From Paragordius varius (lineage: Eukaryota; Animalia; Nematomorpha), in assembly GCA_964247055.1 (NCBI GenBank), contig OZ176050.1:9672001-9736000 (forward strand): a stretch of DNA of 64,000 bases, given 5' to 3'. Of the stretch, positions 32,835 through 47,689 are shown in pieces. The notes under the pieces were generated by a model. It ran no database searches. It saw only the letters and a program-made list of their open reading frames with translations, and was not told the origin of the DNA. A program made the position numbers and the translations under genes. Positions within the stretch are counted from its first letter, which is position 1. Each line of letters begins with the position of its first letter.

Positions 32835-35750
32835 TACTCTTGGATTTCAAATTGTGGATAAGAAACCCTCCTGTATTTGAACACTTTTATATTAAGAGAC
32901 TCTCGTGGATTTCAACACTTTAGATAATTTCATGGATAGTAAGAAACACTGGTATTGGACACTTTGCAAAATTCATGGATATTAAATAACCGTCTTAGAT
33001 TCTAACACTTTATATTTCATGATAACGGAACACCTCTAGATTTTAATACGTTGAATAATATAATGAATATTAGGTAACACACTTGGATTTGAATACTTTG
33101 ACATTAAAAAACTCTCGTGGATTTTAAGACTTTAGATATTTTCATTTTTATTAAGAAACCCACGTGGATTTGAACATTTTGGATATGGATATAAAGAAAC
33201 TCTCGTGAATTTCAACACAGTGAATTTTGTGGATAGGAAACCCTCATGGATTTGAACACTTTGGATAATTTCATGGATACTAGAAAACACTCGTGAACTT
33301 AAACACTTTGCATAATATCATGGATATTAAGTAACGCTCGCAACACTTTGGATTTCAAGGAATCACTTCTGGATTTTAATACTTTGGATATTCATAGATA
33401 GAAACCCTCATGGTCTATAACACTTTGGATATGGATATAAAGAAACCCTCCTGAATTTCAACACTGAATAATTTTTGGATAAGAAACACCTCATGGATTT
33501 GAACACTTTGGATAATTTCATGGATAAGAAACCTCATGGTTTCGAACACTTTGATTAATTTAATGGATAAGAAACCCTCGTGGATTTGAACACTTTGAAT
33601 AATATCATGGATATTAAGAAATTCTCGTGGATTTTAATATTTTGGTTAATTTGATGCTCAAAAAACACTTCTGGATTTCAATACTTTGGATAATTTTATG
33701 GATAGGAAACACTCGTGGATTTGAACACTTTGGAAGTTTCATAGATATAAAACCCTCGTGGATTTCAACACTTTGGATTATTTCATGGATATTAGTAAAC
33801 TCTTGTGGATTTCAACACTCTGGATAATTCATGGATAGTAACCCACATGGTTTATAACACTTTGGATATGGATATAAAGAAACCCTCCTGAATTTCAACA
33901 CTGAATAATTTCATGGATATTAATAAATTCTCGTGGATTTTAATATTTTGGTTAATTTTATGCTCAAAAAACACTTCTGGATTTCAATACTTTGGATAAT
34001 TTTATGGATAGGAAACACTCGTGGATTTGAACACTTTGGAAGTTTCATAGATAAAAAACCCTCGTGGATTTCAACACTTTGGATTATTTCATGTAGTAAA
34101 CTCTTGTGGATTTCAACACTTTGGATAATTCATAGATAGAAACCCTCATGGTCTATAACACTTTGGATATGGATATAAAGAAACCCTCCTGAATTTCAAC
34201 ACTGAATAATTTTGTGGATAGGAAACACCTCATGGATTTGAACACTTTGGATAATTTCATGGATAAGAAACCTCATGGTTTCGAACACTTTGATTAATTT
34301 AATGGATAAGAAACCCTCGTGGATTTGAACATTTTGAATAATATCATGGATATTAAGAAATTCTCGTGGATTTTAATATTTTGGTTAATTTTATGCTCAA
34401 AAAACACTTCTGGATTTCAATACTTTGGATAATTTTATGGATAGGAAACACTCGTGGATTTGAACACTTTGGAAGTTTCATAGATATAAAACCCTCGTGG
34501 ATTTCAACACTTTGAATTATTTCATGGATATTAGTAAACTCTTGTGGATTTCAACACTCTGGATAATTCATGGATAGTAGCCCACATGGTTTATAACACT
34601 TTGGATATGGATATAAAGAAACCCTCCTGAATTTCAACACTGAATAATTTTGTGGATAGGAAACCCTCATGGATTTGAACACTTTGGATAATTTCACGGA
34701 TACTAAAAAAACACTCGTGGACTTGAACACTTTGCATAATATCATGGATATTAAGTAACGCTCATAACACTTTGGATTTCATGATTAAGAATCACTTCTG
34801 GATTTCAATACTTTGGAAAATTTAATGGATATTAGGAAACACTCGTGGATTTGAATACTTTGATATGGAAAAACTCTCGTGGATTTTAAGATTTTCATGG
34901 TTATTAAGAAACTCTGGGTTTGAACACTTTGATTAATTTAATGGATAAGAAACCCTCTTGGATATTAACACTTTGCATAATATCATGGATATTAGGAAAC
35001 CCACTTAGATTTCAGCATTTTGGATAATTATATGATTGAGAAACACTTCTGGATTTCAATACTTTGGATAATTACATGGATAGGAAACACTCGTCGATTG
35101 AGCACTTTGGAAGTTTCATAGATATGAAACACTCGTAGATTTCAACACTTTGGATATTTTCATGGATATTAGTAAACTCTTGTGGATTTCAACACTTTGG
35201 ATAATTCATAGATAGAAACCCTCATGGTTTATAACGCTTTGGATATGGATATAAAGAAACCCTCCTGAATTTCAACACTGTGAATAATTTTGTGGATAGG
35301 AAACTCATGGATTTGAAAACTTTGGATAATTTCATGGATAAGAAAAATCATGGATTCGAACACTTTGGATAATTTTATGGATATTAAGAAACTCTCGTGG
35401 ATTTGAACATGATGGATATTAAGAAATTCTCGTGGATTTCAACATTTTGGTTAATTTTATGCTCAAAAAAAACTTCTGGATTTCAATACTTTGGATAATT
35501 TTATGGATATTAGGAAACACTCGTGGATTTGAAGGAAGTTTCATAGATATGAAACCCTCGTGGATTTCAACACTTTGGATTATTTCATGGATATTAGTAG
35601 AACTCTCGTGAATTTTAACTCTTTAAGAAACCCTGGGTTCGAACGCTTTGCATAATTTCATTGGTATTAAGTAACCCTCGTAGATTTCAACACTTTGGAT
35701 AATTTCATGGATATTAAGAAACGCTCGTGGTTTTATACACTATGGTATTA
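32835..35750. repeat. Tandem satellite, ~41-47-bp monomer, right block with higher-order structure
   Basis: Same monomer; variant gaaaccctcctg at 33442, 33879, 34180, 34618, 35256. Confidence 0.92.
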
Positions 35751-35789
35751 TGAATTGGGTAATTTTGGTATTTATGTGTGTTAATAATC

Positions 35790-37020
35790 CTTTTGGATTT
35801 CAGACGTGTAGAAATGTTCTTCATAGTGCAATTATAGATTATAAAATGTTTTTCGTTTCTATGCTTCTAAATTCCTTAAATGCCGCATTAAGTTAATTTT
35901 CGGAAAACTTATCAGGTTTAATAAGGACCTGAAATATTACCCGTTAAAAAGGCAAAAATTTAATTCAATTTTTTAAATTAGCCATTAATTAGGCCCTTTA
36001 CACCCTAAAAATGCGCTATCAGTGAACTATTATTAGTTTTGAAGCCATTCTTCCAAAAACTATTAAGTACATATTAAATTAGTGATGATTTCAAGCATTC
36101 CCGTATAAAAAAAATTTTTTTCGAACGTCTTTTTTATATTGGCCTCTGGTTAGGGGGCTACCTGCCAACAGCTGCGCCACTATACCGATACAGGGTGACT
36201 TTGGAGGCAAATTAAAATTTATCAGGCCATATAAGTTTGATAAGGGCTTCAATATTACCCGTAAAAAGGCAAAAATTTAAGTTGTTGTTGTTGTTGATAA
36301 ATTAAATCACCCCTTAATTAGGCCCCTGACCTGAAAAATGCGCCACAATAGAATGACTTTTGGTTTTGAGGCAATTTTTTGAAAATCCCACAGGGGAATA
36401 TGGAATCAGTCATGATTCCAGGTATTACCCGAATTAAGGTTTAATCGAGCGTTTTTTTGTTTCCTACCTGGTTAGGGGGCTATCCGCATAAATCTGTCAC
36501 ACCATATTGATACAGCATGCCTTTGGAGCCAAATTTCAAAAAACATGTCTAATAGGAACATATGGAATCCATGGTAATTCCAGATATTCCCCATATAAAG
36601 GCAAAATTTTGCTTAACGCTTTTTAATACCTGGCCCTGGGTAAGGGCTACCTAAAAAACTGCGCCACTATATAGTTGTTTTGGAGCTAATTTACAGTAAA
36701 TTTATGAAGTTCTATGAGTCAATTAAAAACTTGAAATTTTACCCGTAACTAGATAAAAAAGTCAGGCGTTTTTTTATCAGCCGTTAATTTGGGGCCTTTA
36801 TGCTCCTTATGCCATCATATAACGATTATTTAGTGTTGAGGTATTTTTTCGAACAACCCATTAGACGATGGTATCAAATATGCTTTCAAATATTTATATA
36901 ACTTAGCGCTTTTTATATCGGCCTATGGGTAGGGGTCTAGTGGTTTAAACTGAGACGCCATACAAAAATGGCGTGGTTTTGGAGCTGATTAAAAAACTTA
37001 AGATGACATACGAGTTTTAA
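35790..37020. repeat. Degenerate modular repeat related to the Helitron internal module
   Basis: Recurring aaaaggcaaaaattt, ttaattaggccc and ggttagggggcta motifs resemble 27670-27750. Boundaries approximate. Confidence 0.5.
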
Positions 37021-38180
37021 ACACATTTCTGGCGAATTTGTACATCATTTTTTCCTTTAAAAAGGGATCAAAAAGGAAATACTTTTTATATTCCTTGATC
37101 CCAGCTGTGTGAACACAATTTCAAAATAAAACTTTTAACCATAATTTCGTAAAACTAAAATCTTAAATTAAATCCTGATAGTTGAATATTAACTTTTATA
37201 AGGGACAGTTTAAATATGGTCAATTTAGAGTATACAATATTTGAGCCTATTCAAAAACCTGTAAAAGAATAATTAAAGACATTTTTTTTATTTAATGTTT
37301 TTCATTATTTTATCTCCATTACCTCTATTTATTGCAAATTAATAAGAATAATTATCGCTGAGACTAAGTCACAACGACACGTTACAGGGCCAGATAGGTA
37401 CATATAAAGCCTAAATTACATACATAAATAATTTTTTCCATATTTCAAAATCTGTCAAGTGTGCCTTACACCACACTTGAAAAATCTATATGTTTTAATC
37501 ATAAGATTTTTTACAACCTCCGAATCAAGTTTTCTTGCTTGACTTAAGTCCTATAATGTTAGTTTTTTATCACATGAAAGCAAGCCATGACTTGAAAAAC
37601 TTGCAAGTCAAAAAAATTTTTTTCTCACCCCACCCTATACAATGATTTTTTTTAATGCAAAACAAAATCCTCATCTCAAACTTTTTCGCGGTCATTTTTT
37701 CTACAATTTTTTATATCGCCATTGCATCAGGCAAATAAGTGTATATTATGGTTATATGTAAGTAATTAACTTTAAAAAGCTTTCAGGCTATATTTTATCA
37801 ACAAAAATTTGATATCATTATTATAACATCAGTTCGTTTCAATCGTGTTTTGGAGTGATCCCAATTTTAGAGTCACAAATATGAAACTGGCTTTTTTATC
37901 TAATACATGAGAGCAAAGACTGTTAATAAATTAATTTTCAAAACAAAATTGAGCTCTAGGATATAACATTACCCGAATATGTAGAGTTGATAAAAAATAA
38001 TTTGACTTCCAGGGGCGAGGCTACAGTATTGGTGTATATCTCTATTGATGATATGAATAATTATTTGCTTGGTTTTTATATTTATTAAAAACCATACGTT
38101 TATTTAAACAAATTGAACATATGTGGCAATTTGAATAAAGATATTTTAAACAGGTGAAAATTTAAATACTTACCTGCGAA

Positions 38181-39563
38181 ATGGCAAAACGTTTTGAAAC
38201 TTTGGCAGCTTTAGCCTGCTTCAAAACATTACTCATGATATTTAATATACTATTTTGGGTAAAAATTTTTTAACAATTAGTTCAGCGGTTTATTGCTCAT
38301 ATGCATTGGAATTTGGTCTAAAGTTTCTCTTTACGTATATACACAATTATCGGTCAACAATTACGCTTTTACTCCCTATCTTCTTATTGCTATTGGAGCT
38401 TTGATACTTTCAGCTAGTATTCTTGGTTGTTGCTGTACAGCGAAAGCTACTGCTAAATTTTTATATTTGGTAAATTTTAGTTTAATTTTTAAAGTATGCT
38501 GGTATACTGCTTCTTATATTTTTGCTGGAATTCATTGCTGGTATCTCTTTTTATGCCAAACGGCACAAGGTTAATTTCGTTATATATTTTTATAGATAAT
38601 TGATGGCTTTAAACTTGGTCTAAACTATTCTATTCACCATTACCCTTATCAGGATGAAAGATCAATTGATTACCTTCAAAAAGCTGTATCCATTTTTATT
38701 TTATTTGGTATATATTTAGCTTAAATGCTGTGGTGTTGATGGCTATACCGATTGGTTTGAAACTCAATATGGGAGTTTTAATGATTCCGTACCTTTAAGC
38801 TGTTGTTCTACCGTTCCGCTTTCTCATTGCGTTCACTCCGGTCTCTCGCCTAACTCATCATTGGTGGAAAATAGTATATTTACACAGGTGCTTATTTTTA
38901 TTTTTAAGTTAAAAATTATGTAATATAGATAGATAGCTATATTATATTATTGACTGTTTATCTAATTAAAATCGATTTTTTGGTCGTGTTTTACAGACAT
39001 TTTTAATAGTAAATAATTTTTCAAGGTTATTTATTGCTTTCATTGACCATAATGAGACGAATCCTTATCATCTTATTTAAATATTTAATTCTGATAGAAA
39101 CTTTAAGATCAAAATATATTTTTCGGCCACAAAAAATATTAAATATATACATAACAACCATTAATGATTTAATTATTTTCGTATTTCATTTTAAATTCGT
39201 TCCCATGTTTTACAATATTGTAAGCGTAAAGTTAACATAATTTTATTTAATACGAATATTCATGAATATACTAAATCAAAATAGGGATGCTACGATAAAG
39301 TCACAAAATTTGTCAACAGCAATATGGCAACTATTGGGGGTTCAGCGTTTTCTATTGCCTTTTTTAATGTAATATTTATACCTATTATTAGATTTTAACT
39401 TTATCTTATCTTTTTTTGTTTTCCATACGAATTTAATATTATAAATTATATTTAAAGAATTAATATATTATGCTTATTTATTTTATAGGTATTAGGCCTA
39501 CTGTTAAGCGTTTTCCTAGCTCGAAGCGCCAGTAAAGCGCAATATGAAAATATTGAAAATTGA
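38181..39563 (+). CDS. Tetraspanin (TSPAN6/7-like), 7 exons, 252 aa
   Basis: Exons 38181-38258, 38281-38469, 38495-38569, 38596-38685, 38720-38887, 39285-39368, 39489-39563; all phase-0 introns of 22, 25, 26, 34, 397, 120 nt. CFKTLLMIFNILFW, GCC, CCG, VPLSCC, GCY and C-terminal YENI sorting motif. Confidence 0.93.
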
Positions 39564-39623
39564 AAAGTATCGCAAAACTTTTGTATATATGGAATTAAAA
39601 CATTATATTATTGCTTTTGATAG

Positions 39624-39663
<40 letters not shown>

Positions 39664-40110
39664 TATTTATGCTTGTCTTCGAAATTAATTCCGCATATAT
39701 TCTTTTTTATGTTATATTTATAATATAGAGTTTTTCAAAATAAATTAAAAGTTTTGTTTAATTAATTTTTGTGGACAATGCTTTTCTTTAAGGCAGTGGT
39801 TCCCGACTTTTTTTGTTCGCGTCCACCAAATCGAAAACTAAAATACTACCGCCCCCCACCCCTCCTATCAAAAAAGAAAGTTAAAAATGCAAAATATATT
39901 ATAATACTGTACGGCGAAAATGGGGATCAAAAAATAAATAATGAATTTTATATCATATAGCTAAAAGCATCATGATAATGAATATCCACACGATAATAAT
40001 AGAAAAAAGCTATCGAAAAATCGCATTTGTATCCCACATTAGCCTAAATAAAATTAAATACAATAGATGAAAACGTGTCAACTAAATTTTATATTTTTAA
40101 ATTGCCATGA

Positions 40111-40943
40111 CGATAGATAGATAGATGGCTGTTGTCAAGGGGTCCCTTGGCATCCCGTCGTGACGGGGTTTAGGTGTTTGATCATTGCATTGAAGGATTT
40201 TTTGTTTAACAAGCCCCCGGCTTTTATGTTTTTGGCCTGTAGGTCTTGGGTAATGTTTTTGTCCCATGTTATTGCTGGACGACCAACTCTGTTTTGTTTG
40301 TTTGGCTTAAGGGTTATATTTTTAATCCAATTATCGTTATCTAATCTTTGAATGCGACCGTAATAGCCAAGTCTACGGATTTGAATATATTTTGGAATTG
40401 GTAGGATTTGTTTATCATGAGAGATTGTTCGCTTAAATGTACATTCTTTGTTCCATATTATCCAGCATATTTTCCTGTGTTTTACTTATTTGCCATGTTT
40501 CGCAAGCATAAGTTATAGTAGGTCTAACGCCAATTAGGTATATTTTGTTTTTTGTTTTTGTAGATATGTGTTTGTTGGGTAAATATGTATTTATATTGGT
40601 TGTATCTACCCCAACCAATTCTTATGCGATTTTTGATGGCTTCAGATGAACCTCCTTAAGCGGAAATGGTATCACCAAGGTAGGTAAACTTTTGTACTTT
40701 TTGAATTTCGCTGTCACCTATTTTAAGGTAGATTTCAGCTTCTATGGGTGTATTGTTTGGATAGAGTACATGGGGGGCATATGTAATTATTATTATTTTT
40801 TAAAGTTCCATTTAATCCTGAACATGGTTTGTGTAACCAGTATAGACACTTAGTGCATTGGATGGAGTTTAGTCCCACATTTTTTAAGCATGCGCGGCAT
40901 GGGTATTTGATTCTATCAGTCTTTTTGTCTCCTGTTATAATCT
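40111..40943 (-). mobile_element. 5'-truncated RTE-clade LINE
   Basis: 9-bp TSD ttgccatga at 40102-40110 and 40944-40952; (ATCT)n tail; Cys/His finger CRAC..CTKC..H..C..CPPC, QKFTYLG, VRPTITYACETW. Confidence 0.85.
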
Positions 40944-43049
40944 TTGCCATGAGGATAATAAGCGCAAATCATTATCAAGAAAGATTTAAATTTTTACGGA
41001 TGCTCCCAGAAAGATTTTAACAGGCCTGGGGTATCTAACGACCCCAATTTGATCGATGTAATGAAATGAATGTGTCGTATCCAAGTGTTAAGAATAAAAA
41101 ATAAATAAATTATATAAAAAGTTTTCTAAACCGCGGTTTGTATATAAAAAATATGTCTCACTTTTTAATTATACCAAAGACCTATGGCATGATTTAAGTC
41201 CCTCGAAAATAAATGACCTACATATTAATTTTTTTTATCGTTAAGATTTTTATCGTTAAGAATTTTATCGGTACATTTACCCATTATCAAGACTTATCTT
41301 CTTTAGTCAGTAGAATTATATTTGCACACGTTTCATGTAGTGCAGCGGAAATAAGTTTTTTAAGGCTTAAAATATTTCCCATAGAAACCGTTTAGATGAA
41401 AATCGTTTAAGCAAATTAATGGCCATTATATTTAATTTACGGCATGATGTTAACACAACTAGCAGTGAATGAGGATAAAATATTTATTGATTCATTTTTT
41501 GTAGTAAGGTTAATAAATTTTATTAAATTTATGGGTCTTTGACTAGACTAGAGCATGTGTAAGTATCAAAAGAATTTTTCTCGCTATTAATAATTTAAAA
41601 CATTGTTTTATTAAATTTAATTCTTAACGCAAGTTTATCTTTTGGCTCAGATCTAAAACTTTTTATAATTCCTTTATGATTCCAGAAATCGTTAATTGTG
41701 GAAATTTAATAAATTTAAAATTTTCAGTCTATTTCTCTCCTAGGTCATACCCCCTTTTTTAAAAAGGGGGTCAAAATCACAACCCTAATATCACATTTTA
41801 AAGATGACAGAATACTGAAATTATAGATACACAGTGAGTGCACAATATCAGGAAGGAAAAAATATCCCGACGATACATATTCTGATAGATTAATGTATCA
41901 AGTTATTATAGGGCTCCTGGTTTTGGACGTTTTAAGTGAAGTAATGAAGTTACTACCACGTTTTTGACAATTGCTCCATATCGAAAAGTGGCAAAAATGT
42001 GATTTTTATGCTAAACAATTTTTTTTGGTAGCTTAAAGCATCATTTCAAAAATTGTCACAAAAATGTATCATTTAATACTATATTTAAATAAAAAACTTG
42101 AACCCCTAAATGACTTAAATTAAAGACGAAAATGCCGATATTGCAGGATAAGAATTTTAAATATATGCATATGACTGAAAAATGTATTTTCTAGTAAAAT
42201 GGTTATTTTGTTAAAATTCAATTTATAACAAATTGAGGCGGAGTTCAAGGTATTTTGAAGCGTAAAAACGTAGTATAGAAACTTTTTAAGATGTACTAAA
42301 AACACTAAATACATATTTATCACCTCAGATTTTTGATTAAAACGTAAATTAAAGTTAAATAAAACATATGTTTATTGTAAAAAACATTAAAGTCAAACAC
42401 CTCCTAAAATCAAAACACTGAAGTGTTTGAAATGTTCCGCGTCATCAAATTACATAATGCACATAAAAAATAAAATCTTGGCAAAATATATATCTTCCGT
42501 TAGAAAGATAAATCGGATTCTCATGGTTATTTTGGTTTTAGGCCTTACGAGTCATTAAAGTATTTACACTTTTGTTAATTGTTTTATATCCAAAATTATA
42601 AAATTCTCACATCATTCTAAATAAAATGGTGAATTCTAATCACTTCATTCCAAAAAATCTAACTATATTTTAAACACAATATAAAACAATATTTTTATAA
42701 ATTTTAAATTTTAGATGCTGGTTCCGAAAGTTTCATATTAATGTGTAAGTTCTTGTAAATAAAGAAGAATAGGCCGAGAATGCGCGATGAAAATTTTAGA
42801 TATATGCTAAATTTCGAATGAAAAAAGTTTTTTTCCGAAAAATAAATATGCTTTAAAATATAATCTATAACAAAATATTTGTGAAGCTTTTATGATATCT
42901 TAAAACAAAGTGGAAATTCTATGCCTATATTTATATAATATTCCTTACTTGTAAACTTTTTGTCAAAGAAAAGATAAAACTGATCTTTGTTCATAGATAT
43001 AAAATCAAGATGGGAGAAATTATTTAAAAAGCATGTTTTTATAAAAAAA

Positions 43050-45420
43050 TATTATCGTCCGAAGATGGCGACTTAAATGACTGGGATAAAGTCAGCCAAT
43101 TCATCAAATAAGCCAGTCAAGTTTGTGGATCAAAAGGCGGCTAACTTCAAGCATATAGAGAGGCATGAGTCTACGATGAAAAAACAATAGTCATGAGAAA
43201 AAGGTAGCTCTTTTGACAAATGGTCACATCCCAGGAAAGATGCTTACAGATATAAATACAGAAGTTTGAATTGGAAAATGAAATTATTGGTCAGGGTAGA
43301 AAGAAAAGGATTTATTTTGTGATCAATTAATATAAAATAAAGATTAAACAAAGTGTATGAAGTTGCGCAGCAAAGGAACAGACGAAGGATGGATTAACCA
43401 GGATATGGGATTGCTGTAAAAGGGAATGATGGAAAATAAAAGATGGAAAGAGTACTTTTTGAGCTTAGACAAAGGGGTAGGCGAGATTACCAACGGAGCT
43501 TCTGATAGACTAATAGAAGCAATTACAGAAAATTAGGTATAATCTAATTTATTAGAAATGCCAAACTTTAAAGCTGTAAGATAGGACGACATAAAGATAA
43601 TTGTTGGAAAGGGCTTGGAACCGCAGGATTAATTTTATTGAAGTGTGCTTTTGATAAAATATTTATGAAATCCCGGTTGAATGGATTTTTTTAAATTATA
43701 CCATTTGCATTTCGAGAGTGACCTTGAACACTTCCAAGATGGTCCTTGAACATTGACCATAATTTTTACACATATTTTTATAACCTAATTTTATTTATTT
43801 TATATTTATTCGTTTAAACATAAAATTTTTATTTAATAACTACTTTTTTTGTTTCAAGTTAATTTTTTCAATTTAAAATTATTAAATTATAAATGTCTTT
43901 AATGAAAAATTGGTAATCATAATGCACAAAACTTTTATATTTTTTAATTGTTAAAATTTTAATAATACTAAAAATAATTTTACAGAAATTACTAAAGATA
44001 TACGGCTTTTAAATGATTGAAAGTCGGTAGTGATTTAAAGTTCATAATAAAGAAAATAGGTTTAAAAATGATAAAAATTGATGAATAATACACGATATGA
44101 TTGATAAAAGTTAAAAACAAAACAAAAAAGTTAAAGGATCAACTTAAAGTGTTCAAGGACCAACTTGATTTCAGGGACCAATTTTAAGTGTAAGACCAAC
44201 TTGAAATGATTAAGGACCAACTTGAAGTGTTCCACGACCAACTTGAAATGTTCAGGGACCAATTTGAAATGTTCAAGGACCAACTTGAAGTGCAAATGGT
44301 ATTTTTAAGGAAAACATATAAATGACTGTTTTAATTATAGAGGGATAAAAATATTGTCGCATTCCTAGAAATTATTTGAAAAAATAAGTGAAAAACGAAT
44401 GAGGAAAATTTATTAGTTGAAAATCAATTTGGTTTCATTCCAAGAATAAGAATAGACCTTGTACATGCGGCTGGGAGGTTGATTGAAAAGCCCACTGGCT
44501 ACATGGGGTTTTAGCACAGATAGAAAAGGCGTTTGACAGGATTCCAATAGAAACTACTTGGTGCAGTCTGCGTCTTAAAAATGTGCTGAAAGTTATATAA
44601 GTCATTAATATTGTACAATTCCTACATCTATAGGATTAGTACTAGACAACGGTTATCAGAACCCTTTACAATAGCATGGCGTCTACCAAGGTTCGGCGTT
44701 TAATCCGTTGTTGCTTAAAAGACGTTGGACGAGTTAGCCAAAGCTGTTAATCAAAGGATATGTTGGTATTCGATGTATCCGGATGATATAATTATTATGT
44801 CTGATTTACTTGCGTTTGAACAAACGGTAAAAATGGGTTCTCAAACTGAATAAATGCGGTTTGAAATTCCACAAATCGAAAACTGAAATTATTAGCTTTG
44901 CGGGTCAACGACATGAAATGAAGGTTAATGCGGGTTGGGTTTTATTTAAAAAAGGTGCAAATATTGGGCGGCAATGTTGAAATATCTCGGATGTGATAGA
45001 ACTATTGATCTTAGAGTGAAAGATAAAATATACAGTTCAGGTGTTCGACCCACAATCATGTATAATTTACAGACGTGTGGCCAAAAAATATACGAAGAAA
45101 GCGATTTTTCATTTACGGAAATGAATATGCTTAGAATGATGTGTGGGATAACCAGAAAATACAAGGTATGAATAGATGTTTTCGTGGAATCATGTATGTT
45201 AAACCTATAGCGGAAAGAATTACAAAAAATAGGCTACGTTGGTTTGGGCACATTGAAAGAAGAGACTTTTTATAGCAAAAACAGTAGAGAATCATATACT
45301 TGAAGGTAAACAAGGACGTTGCATAAAATGAGATCTATAGACACAATAAAATGAGAGCTAGCAACGCTATAGATAGAGTTCTATGGCAAGAGATGCAGTC
45401 TCACATGACCGCTTTCACCA
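43050..45420 (+). mobile_element. Degenerate RTE-clade LINE (RT region) interrupted by a MITE
   Basis: Remnants NYRGIKILSH, ENQFGFIP, EKAFDRIP, GVYQGSA, KYLG, VRPTIMY, NRLRWFGHIER; frameshifted. Ends approximate. Confidence 0.75.
43701..44299. mobile_element. MITE with TA target duplication (copy 2, inverted relative to copy 1)
   Basis: TA|CCATTTGCA...TGCAAATGG|TA; same 21-bp repeats; interior is the reverse complement of 31352-31959. Confidence 0.85.
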
Positions 45421-47689
45421 GTTAAAATATGTAATGTGATAATAATATAACAGTGCCCACAAAATTAATATTTTGTTGAAAATATATATTATGATAGGAA
45501 AATGTATCAGGATTATCATGGTTTGGTTTTGGCCGTAACATGTCATTTAAATAAGTTATTTAACCTTCTGTAATAACTGCCTCAGATCGGAAAATGGCCA
45601 AATTTGCGCGCATTTATTAATGAGATTTTTCGGTTTAAGCTAAAATGCTTCATTGCAAAAATAGCTCTAAATTAATCATATACTACCAAAGCAATAATTT
45701 TATATCATTTTAAATTATAAACATGAACTCCGAAAATCACATATTAACCCTTCCAAAGCAAGTCATCTTAATACAAGGTGAATTAGTCGAGATCGCGCGA
45801 TATAAATTTTAAGAGCGTGTGCGGTCCCATGAAAAAGTTTTTTTCCAAAAAGATAAATATTTTGCTTGAAAATTTCCTTTATATAAAATTTATAGAATTA
45901 TGTAGCATGGTACTAACAGTATAACACTGTTAGATATTTATTAGCACTTTTTCTATATAATTGGATGATGCTGTTATATCACTTCATTTTATATATCGTT
46001 TGTGGACAAGTTAAATATAAGTGGTTTTTTTAAAAAGAATATTTTATCATTAGTCAAATAAAGGGGCAAAATATTTTACAACATTCCTTACATTTAACCT
46101 TTCCACTTTTGTGTCTTAGTCGACATATTAGGGTCCCAGAGCTCAACTTTGTAAATACAGTTTTGAAGGTTAGTTTAGTTAAAATTTGATTATCAAACAT
46201 TGTTCTCGTGTATTAGATAAAACAGCTTATATTTTTTACAGTTTTACTAGAGTTTTTAAATTGACACAGCTCCAAACACGATTAAGGAACAGCTAATATT
46301 TAATAAATATATCAAGTTTTGCTGGTAAAATGTAATCAAAAATATTTTTAAGTTAATTATTTGCGTTTACCCATTATATACATTGATTTGCCTGTGTAAT
46401 CAGAGGAATTTAAGAATTTAAAAAAAAATGGCGGCTAAAAGGTTGAGATGAGTTATATTTCACTTTTTTCAAAAAACAATGTATACTGCGCTAAGGCTAA
46501 CATCATGTTTCTAAATTCAGCTTAATACCAAACTTTTTAATATATTCAAGTTTTAAATTGCTCTGCGATATAAAACTACATCAAAAGGTCATGGGGTTTT
46601 AAATACAATGAAAAATGATTTTAAAAAATAAAGTCCTTTTTACCGTTTCCACAATGCTTTAAAATACCTTAAATCTAGTTCAGCAAAAATTTTGCTATAA
46701 AATTAAATATTTTACCAAAATATACATTTTTCAGAAAACATTTTTAATAAATATAACAGATGTTTAAAACTTGAGCAATGTCGGCATTTTTGCCTTTATA
46801 TTAAAATTCGCATATTTTAAACAGGTCCAAATATTTGAGATTTTCGGTAACCACATCTAAATTACACGGAGTCTAAAATCGGGGGTATAAAAAAATAAAA
46901 TGAAATATATATGTTTTAATGGGAAAATGTATCAGAATTATCATGGACATTTGGTTTTGGCCCTTAGGAGGGATATAACAAAATTATTTACACTTTTTTG
47001 ATAGTGCTTCAAAACAGAAAATGGCAAAATTTGCGCACATTTTTTAGATAATTTTTTGCCAAAAATTTTTAATTATTAGATATGGACTCCGAAGTCTTAA
47101 ATATTTTCGCTCTTTGAAAAGGGCTACTCTTTTAAAAATAAATACAAAAATGCGGGGATGGCACTATAAAAATTTAAAATAAATGCTGAATTTAAATATA
47201 AACTAAAATTTTTGAAAAAAGGAATATTTTTAAAAATTTGATAGCGACTAAATACTATTTTAAGGCATGATGCAAAACGGTTTTAAAAAGCTCTATTATA
47301 TTATAGAAACATTTTTGTATATAATTTGATGATGCTGATTTTACCACTTCAGAATATTGATTAAAATATGCGTTCTTTGAAATTTATGCAAAACCAGTAT
47401 TCTGTTTTTTTCAAAAAATCACCTTTTAAGCAAAAGACTTTTTAAATTAAAATTCTAAAGCGGTAAAAATGTTCAGCAATATAGAATTATATAGAAAAAG
47501 TGTTTTTATGATACATTAAAGCGTTTTCCGTTTCCATCACTAAAAATGTTATGAAGCACGGTTCAACATATTTTTTAATATTAAATTTTTGAAAAATATG
47601 TATTTTCACAAAAATATTTTTAGTTGAAATCAAAATATAGCATATATTTAATTTATCCCGCATCCCGGCATTTTTGCGTTATTTTTTAA

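Noticed and set aside
29797-34745. ORFs rich in WISTLWII or GFLN repeats
   Set aside because: Translations of the satellite on either strand.
29715-35750. CRISPR-like array
   Set aside because: Units are contiguous degenerate monomers with no unique spacers or cas genes; eukaryotic satellite.
39795-39860. hAT-like terminus cagtggttccc
   Set aside because: Matching other end and TSD not found; fragment only.
40770-40905. PHD-like Cys/His finger as a captured host domain
   Set aside because: It lies within the RTE ORF just before the KFTYLG motif, where such fingers occur in some RTE elements; treated as part of the LINE.
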